Assembly (NCBI GenBank): GCA_002728255.1
Contig: PBWV01000042.1
Location: forward strand, 4,602 to 68,601
From: Rhodospirillaceae bacterium
GTDB lineage: Bacteria; Pseudomonadota; Alphaproteobacteria; UBA7887
Length of the DNA stretch: 64,000 nucleotides
Direction: 5' to 3'
Shown here: piece after piece, positions 59,171 to 64,000 of the stretch
Layout of the letters: each line of letters starts with the position of its first letter
Position numbering within the stretch: position 1 is the stretch's first letter
The notes under the pieces: model-generated
Told to the model about the DNA's origin: nothing
The model's database searches: none
Seen by the model: only the letters and a program-made list of their open reading frames with translations
Program-made: the position numbers and the translations under genes

Positions 59171-59620
59171 ATGGATGAAATTGACGTTAAGATTCTGAAA
59201 CTATTACAGCGCAATTGTAATCTTCCAGCATCAGAGATAGCCGAGAAAGTCGGTCTATCAACCTCCCCTTGTTGGAAAAGGATCGCCAGACTTCGTGAAA
59301 CAGGGATAATCAAAAACCAACTTTCCATACTAGATGCCAATAAACTTGGCTTTGGCCTAACCGCTTATGTGAGCATAAAAACTGGGGAACATTCGGGTAG
59401 CTGGTTAGATGAGTTTTCTAAAACTGTAACCAATATGCCTGAGGTAATGGAGTTTCACCGAATGGCTGGAGATGTTGATTACATGCTTAAAGTAATAGTA
59501 GCTGACATTGACTCCTTTGATAAGTTTTATAAACGCCTCATAGCCTCTTCAGCACTAAGCGAAGTTACCACTCGGTTTTCGATGGAAAAAATAAAGGAAA
59601 CAACAGAATTACCAATATAA
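59171..59620 (+). CDS. Lrp/AsnC-family transcriptional regulator
   Basis: 149 aa. The N-terminal HTH is DEIDVKILKLLQRNCNLPASEIAEKVGLS and the C-terminus is a RAM domain. Divergent from cysH. Confidence 0.85.
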   Translation: MDEIDVKILKLLQRNCNLPASEIAEKVGLSTSPCWKRIARLRETGIIKNQLSILDANKLGFGLTAYVSIKTGEHSGSWLDEFSKTVTNMPEVMEFHRMAGDVDYMLKVIVADIDSFDKFYKRLIASSALSEVTTRFSMEKIKETTELPI

Positions 59621-59644
59621 TGCCACTTACTCTAATACTCACAT

Positions 59645-60742
59645 CTACAACTTTGCTATAATTTCCCTAGCAAAAACTTTAAAATTTGTGCGCATTGAAT
59701 TCCTGGGTGGCATCAATACTATCTCTTTTAATCCGGCTTCCTCGAGTTCCTGAATTCGTGCAACAAGTTCATCTGGTTCGCCCACAAGTCCACCAGATAC
59801 CTTTATCATGGAAGGAGTAACAAATCGCCGCTCTTTATCCGGCAAATTAGCGCAATGCCCTTGATGAACCAATAAATGTCTTCGCTCCAGGGGCATTTCT
59901 TTTTCGACATAAATTTTATATGAATTCCAGACATCACGCACTGAGTCTATCACGAAATTATCGTGCCCTTTTTGCCGAAAAAGTTCATACCAAAAGTGCA
60001 AACTCGCCACGACCTGCGCTCCGGTTTCCTCAATCACTCTTTCCGAATTTAATTTCTCCCCAGGCCGTAAAACACATGCAAAAGTCATTACTGTTGAATG
60101 AAAATCTTCTGGTAAGACACGACCTACCTCAGCGGCACCACAATTAATTCGTTTTGAATTCCGAAGAAAAACTGATTTTGGCTCATTCCCGGCACCAATT
60201 CGACCATCCCCGTATACACCAGCCGCCCGAAGAGCCTTTGGACCATTCGCCGCTACATAGAGTGGAATTTTATTTTCAATATCAACACAGCTAAGGTCAC
60301 GCTCTAAAAATTTTATAGGTTGGGTCTTTCCTTTGTAGCAATAATCTACCTCGTCTCCAGCCAATAAACCACGAACAATCCTCAAGTACTCGCTAAATTC
60401 AGTTGGTGAAACTGGATTTTGGCCCATAATCCTCATTGCCGTATGTCCACTCCCAATACCAAGAAACACTCTACCCGGAGCTAATTTGTTAATAGAAGCG
60501 ATGGAGTGCGCCGTAACCGGGGCTAATCTTGTTCCCGCTATTGCTACTCCAGTACCAATCCGAAGACGATGTGTGTTTTGAGCCGCTAGACTCAAAGTAG
60601 CATAGCAATCCGACCAAATCATTTGACTATCAGGCACCCACCCACTATCAAACTTTAGCTCCTCCGGATATGGAAAAATCCCCCAATCATCAATTTTAGT
60701 TGCCACCATCCCACCAAACTTCACCCTACTCTCCCTATTCAC
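59645..60742 (-). CDS. LLM-class flavin-dependent oxidoreductase (luciferase-like monooxygenase)
   Basis: 365 aa with a TIM-barrel LLM pattern (GIGSGHT, LRIG). Confidence 0.75.
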   Translation of the reverse strand: MNRESRVKFGGMVATKIDDWGIFPYPEELKFDSGWVPDSQMIWSDCYATLSLAAQNTHRLRIGTGVAIAGTRLAPVTAHSIASINKLAPGRVFLGIGSGHTAMRIMGQNPVSPTEFSEYLRIVRGLLAGDEVDYCYKGKTQPIKFLERDLSCVDIENKIPLYVAANGPKALRAAGVYGDGRIGAGNEPKSVFLRNSKRINCGAAEVGRVLPEDFHSTVMTFACVLRPGEKLNSERVIEETGAQVVASLHFWYELFRQKGHDNFVIDSVRDVWNSYKIYVEKEMPLERRHLLVHQGHCANLPDKERRFVTPSMIKVSGGLVGEPDELVARIQELEEAGLKEIVLMPPRNSMRTNFKVFAREIIAKL

Positions 60743-60800
60743 TCTTTAAGCAATCAGCATTGTATTTCCAAAGGTAAGTAATACAAACTGACGATGACCC

Positions 60801-61988
60801 TCAGCCATTGATAATTAGAGCTATCTCTTCCTCAGAATAACCAATTTCACTAAGAATTTTACGACTATGCTCGCCAAGGATTGGTTGATGCTCCCTGACT
60901 GGTAATGATTGTCCGTCAAATTGATAAGCTGTATCTGGAACCTTTAATGGCCCCTCTGATGGATGATCGTACTCCCTAAAAAAATCTATATCTCGAAGAT
61001 GCTTATCCAATGTCAAATCAGACAAAGTGTTTACCGGAGTTGCTGGTATATCCGCCTTGGTGAACAAAGACAACCATTCCTCAGTATCTCTTACCACTAA
61101 TAACTCGGCTAATTTTTCATACAAGAGATCGATATTGTCACTGCGGCTAGCCATCGAGAAAAATCGTTCATCGGCCGCATTTTCAGGGGAATCTACGACA
61201 TCCCAAAAATCCACCCAATGTTTATCAGTGTATGGAAGCACCGCAATAAACCCATTCTTAGTTTTATGGGGCAGCCGATACTTTGATAAAACCCTGTCGT
61301 AGCCCATACGTCCTACTGATGGTGAAAAAGTACCCCCTGACTGATGTTCCACGAGGTTAAAACTAACTAATGCTTCGAACATTGAGCACTCTACGTAAGT
61401 TCCCTTCCCTGTGCGCAGGCGCTTTACATAAGCAGCAATAAGCCCGTTAGCAGCCATTAACGCCGCCGTTTTATCTGCAACAATAGAAGGCACCATCTGC
61501 GGCACCCCATCCCTTTCTGCAAAGATACCCGCTAAACCAGAGTTGCATTGAATAATGTCATCGTAAGCGGGCCTGCCCCCATAAGGTCCTGAAGCCCTAT
61601 AACCATGGAGGCCACCATATATGATTCCTGGATTTCGCTCGCAGACCGTTTTTGGATCAAATCCAAGAGTCTTAATTTTTTGAGGTCTAACATTATGAAC
61701 AAACATGTCACTTACGGCTATTAGCCGCCACAAAACATCACGACCTTTCTCTGTTTTCAAATCCAGAACTAGGCTACGTTTATTTCGATTAGACCCCAAG
61801 AAAATGGAACTCATCCCTTTATTTCGGGACGGACCAATCCGCCGCATAGGATCCCCACCGGGAGCTTCTATTTTTATGACATCAGCCCCAAAGTCACCCA
61901 ATAGTTGGGTTGTGTAAGGCCCAAAAACGACCGTGGTAAGATCTAATACTTTAACACCAGAAAGAGGTAAGTTTTCCTCAGAAATCAT
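60801..61988 (-). CDS. CoA-transferase family III (CaiB/BaiF) protein
   Basis: 395 aa with the canonical N-terminus GVKVLDLTTVVFGPYTTQLLGDFGADVIKIE and the catalytic-Asp region IVADKTAALMAANGLIAAY. Confidence 0.85.
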   Translation of the reverse strand: MISEENLPLSGVKVLDLTTVVFGPYTTQLLGDFGADVIKIEAPGGDPMRRIGPSRNKGMSSIFLGSNRNKRSLVLDLKTEKGRDVLWRLIAVSDMFVHNVRPQKIKTLGFDPKTVCERNPGIIYGGLHGYRASGPYGGRPAYDDIIQCNSGLAGIFAERDGVPQMVPSIVADKTAALMAANGLIAAYVKRLRTGKGTYVECSMFEALVSFNLVEHQSGGTFSPSVGRMGYDRVLSKYRLPHKTKNGFIAVLPYTDKHWVDFWDVVDSPENAADERFFSMASRSDNIDLLYEKLAELLVVRDTEEWLSLFTKADIPATPVNTLSDLTLDKHLRDIDFFREYDHPSEGPLKVPDTAYQFDGQSLPVREHQPILGEHSRKILSEIGYSEEEIALIING

Positions 61989-62028
61989 GCTGCGATTCCC
62001 TAATTGAGTTGAAGAGCTCCTCAGATGA

Positions 62029-64000
62029 CTATAATGGTAGGTAATGCTTTAGCACTTTCCAACCCTCTAAGGCAGCGCCCTCTCTTAGAACATCCTCCTC
62101 CGATTCGAAGTTGCTCCGACTTATTTCCTTCAAGATCTCCAGAGTATGTTGTCCGGGCCGTGGTGCAGGACGTAACTCAGCAATAGAGAAACGTTCCGGC
62201 CGCACCCATGTTGGCTCACAGATAGTTGCCTGATATCCAGAGGGATGATCTCCACGTTTTAATCTAAATGAACCACTGTTCATCCAATTTGATTTCGGTT
62301 CCCCTTTATCACGAGTCCTCTTACTACGTATTTGTGCTAAAGTTTCAGTCTTAATAATGCTGGCACCTGCAAGGTGACTAATCTTCCTCTGTACCTCGTC
62401 AAACCTCATTTCTGCAAGAAGTTTAGAGAAAGAATAAATTGTTGCCCCTTCGACACTAAGTGAAGAAGCAAGCCTTCCTTCCTCTTCTGGACGACAACCT
62501 AAATACGCCCACCCGTCGGCCAACCTATAAATCCGTTGCCCAATGCTTACTCCCTGCGCCTCCTGACCTGAGACCTCATTTCCAGGCTTAAAGTTGGAAT
62601 GTGTTACCATAAATGGGAACTGAACTAACTGAGCTCCCATTGCGAGAGAGGTCTGAACAAAAGCGCCGCCCTTACCCCTATTTTTTGCAAGCAATGATTG
62701 AACAATTCCGTTAACAGCCAAAAATCCTGTCATATAGTCAACACAAGAAGCAATCCCATGAAGAGCCGGTCGCTCGGGGCTTCCGTATCTTGCCATTATT
62801 CCACTTGCAGCTTGCAAAACTGGATCAAAGGATGGATCATCCTTATAAGCGCCCCCGTCTACTCCACCCCATGCGCTGATTTGGCACGAAATTATATCTG
62901 GTTTTATTTCTCTCAGTTGCTCGTAACTAATCCCAATTCTCTCAGCTGAAGAGTCTAGAAAATTGTGCAACACAACATCTGACTGCTTCACCAATGAAGA
63001 AAGAATTTTCTTACCTTTCTCTGTTTTCAGGTCAAGGATAATTGCTCGCTTACCCTGATTAACGTCGACACCAAACCACATAGTTGCGTACGGACCTGCG
63101 AACGGTGTTGGAGCATCTATCCTAATCACATCCGCTCCAAATTCTGCCAAGGTTCGCCCAGCCGCAGGACCCGCTATGATATTTGAAAGATCAAGAACCT
63201 TAACACCAGTGAGAATTGGCTTTGAGCTCAGGTTAGCAGATAGTTTTGGGGGTTCTTTTTTTTCAGATAGCCAGTCAACCTCACCTTCAATCCACGATGC
63301 TGAACTCAAGTCCGGAGAACAAATCTTACTCCCATGGATATTTAAATAGCGGTTTGGCTGCCGTATTACTCCCAACCCTGAAGTCTCGAGATCAAGAGTT
63401 ACACCAGCCTCTAATAAAACCGGATCTTGCAACCACTCATGCGTGGTTTGAACAACGCTGGCAGGGACATTCGCATCCCTCAACAAATGCTCCCACTCCT
63501 TAGCTGATTTATGTCGAATTCTTTCCGCAATTAGGGTGATCATCCGACTCCTCCAAAATGTTGTCATCGAATGTGCCGAATTAAGATTATTACCAGCTTT
63601 AGACTCACTATAAGGACTTCCCGCAGTCATGCCCTCTGCGAGCAGTAAATCATAAACACCAACGACCTGCAAAAATGATCGCGTATGGGCAATGTGATCA
63701 GAAGCAACAACGAACAACAACTTTCCATCTTTGCAGACATAAGTGTTAAAACCTGGACGAGCATTAGAATTTAGATACTCTTGAATCCGAACGACGTGCT
63801 CTTTTGAGAGATTTTCGCGGACATCTCGTAGTATAGGCATCATTATTTTACTGATAGATTTGTCTAGCGCTGGAAAATCATAGTGAGATGGAGCGCCGTC
63901 TAATTCCGCTATTAACAAAGCCATAGCAGACATGACTGCATCAGCAAGCGGAACCTCAAATTTCTGACCTAAACCAGTCTTTAAGTATCCAAGATAACCA
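62029..64000 (-). CDS. CoA-transferase family III protein, apparently two tandem domains (partial; N-terminus beyond the window end)
   Basis: Residues ~233-634 of the ORF form a complete family III domain (GVKVLDLSNIIAGPAAGRTLAEFGADVIRID ... VDYMTGFLAVNGIV). The first ~230 residues resemble the C-terminal lobe of the same family (ANVPASVVQTTHEWLQDPVLLEAGV). The frame stays open from the annotated Met at 63933 through the window edge (...GYLGYLKTGLGQKFEVPLADAV-M...), so the true start is upstream. Confidence 0.7.
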   Translation of the reverse strand, partial: GYLGYLKTGLGQKFEVPLADAVMSAMALLIAELDGAPSHYDFPALDKSISKIMMPILRDVRENLSKEHVVRIQEYLNSNARPGFNTYVCKDGKLLFVVASDHIAHTRSFLQVVGVYDLLLAEGMTAGSPYSESKAGNNLNSAHSMTTFWRSRMITLIAERIRHKSAKEWEHLLRDANVPASVVQTTHEWLQDPVLLEAGVTLDLETSGLGVIRQPNRYLNIHGSKICSPDLSSASWIEGEVDWLSEKKEPPKLSANLSSKPILTGVKVLDLSNIIAGPAAGRTLAEFGADVIRIDAPTPFAGPYATMWFGVDVNQGKRAIILDLKTEKGKKILSSLVKQSDVVLHNFLDSSAERIGISYEQLREIKPDIISCQISAWGGVDGGAYKDDPSFDPVLQAASGIMARYGSPERPALHGIASCVDYMTGFLAVNGIVQSLLAKNRGKGGAFVQTSLAMGAQLVQFPFMVTHSNFKPGNEVSGQEAQGVSIGQRIYRLADGWAYLGCRPEEEGRLASSLSVEGATIYSFSKLLAEMRFDEVQRKISHLAGASIIKTETLAQIRSKRTRDKGEPKSNWMNSGSFRLKRGDHPSGYQATICEPTWVRPERFSIAELRPAPRPGQHTLEILKEISRSNFESEEDVLREGAALEGWKVLKHYLPL

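Noticed and set aside
63931-63933. Taking Met at 63933 as the true start of the last CoA-transferase gene
   Set aside because: The same frame stays open for all 22 upstream codons to the window edge, and the upstream residues continue a CoA-transferase-like sequence. The gene is therefore reported as partial.
1-64000. Search for CRISPR arrays, IS elements/transposases, integrases, toxin-antitoxin pairs or clustered defence genes
   Set aside because: No regularly spaced direct repeats, no terminal inverted repeats flanking a transposase-like ORF, and no integrase or recombinase signatures were seen. Apart from two hypotheticals (7563..7817 and 44172..45230), every sizeable ORF resembles a metabolic, transport or housekeeping family, so I do not claim a mobile element or defence system.

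Overview
This is a densely coding chromosomal segment of about 57 genes plus one tRNA. Gene order is typical of an Alphaproteobacterium (tatD-metG-holB-tmk-dac-rlpA-mltB; sdhE-mfd facing recG), and many of the genes are common in marine isolates. GC content looks moderate to low by eye and was not computed. I found no CRISPR array, IS element, integrase, prophage block or obvious defence operon, and no cluster of unknown-function genes that reads like a novel system. The most interesting accessory-looking region is a 9 kb same-strand block at 10.6-19.0 kb. It holds two paralogous OprO/OprP-like porins with coiled-coil N-termini, a TonB-dependent receptor, and its own ExbB-ExbD-ExbD-TonB set. 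Other points worth a second look: (1) a Rieske alpha-only oxygenase placed divergently to an MR/MLE enolase-superfamily enzyme, suggestive of betaine catabolism; (2) a fluoroacetate-dehalogenase-like hydrolase divergent from a PLP dehydratase; (3) a TAXI TRAP system next to an amidase and an orphan DctP-type binding protein; (4) an rmlA/rmlD/rmlB + GT2 cluster without rmlC, divergent from a zinc-ribbon sugar C-methyltransferase; (5) a complete assimilatory sulfate-reduction operon (cysH-cysD-cysNC-cysG-DUF2849-cysI-DUF934) with bioB at its distal end; (6) an Lrp/LLM oxidoreductase/family III CoA-transferase block whose last gene is open to the window edge and looks like a tandem two-domain CoA-transferase; (7) a 680-bp non-coding region upstream of cspA. 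Several ORF-track starts were moved to internal Met codons: dehalogenase, PLP dehydratase, TAXI binding protein, rmlD and rmlB. All family assignments come from reading motifs in the supplied translations. No database search was run.
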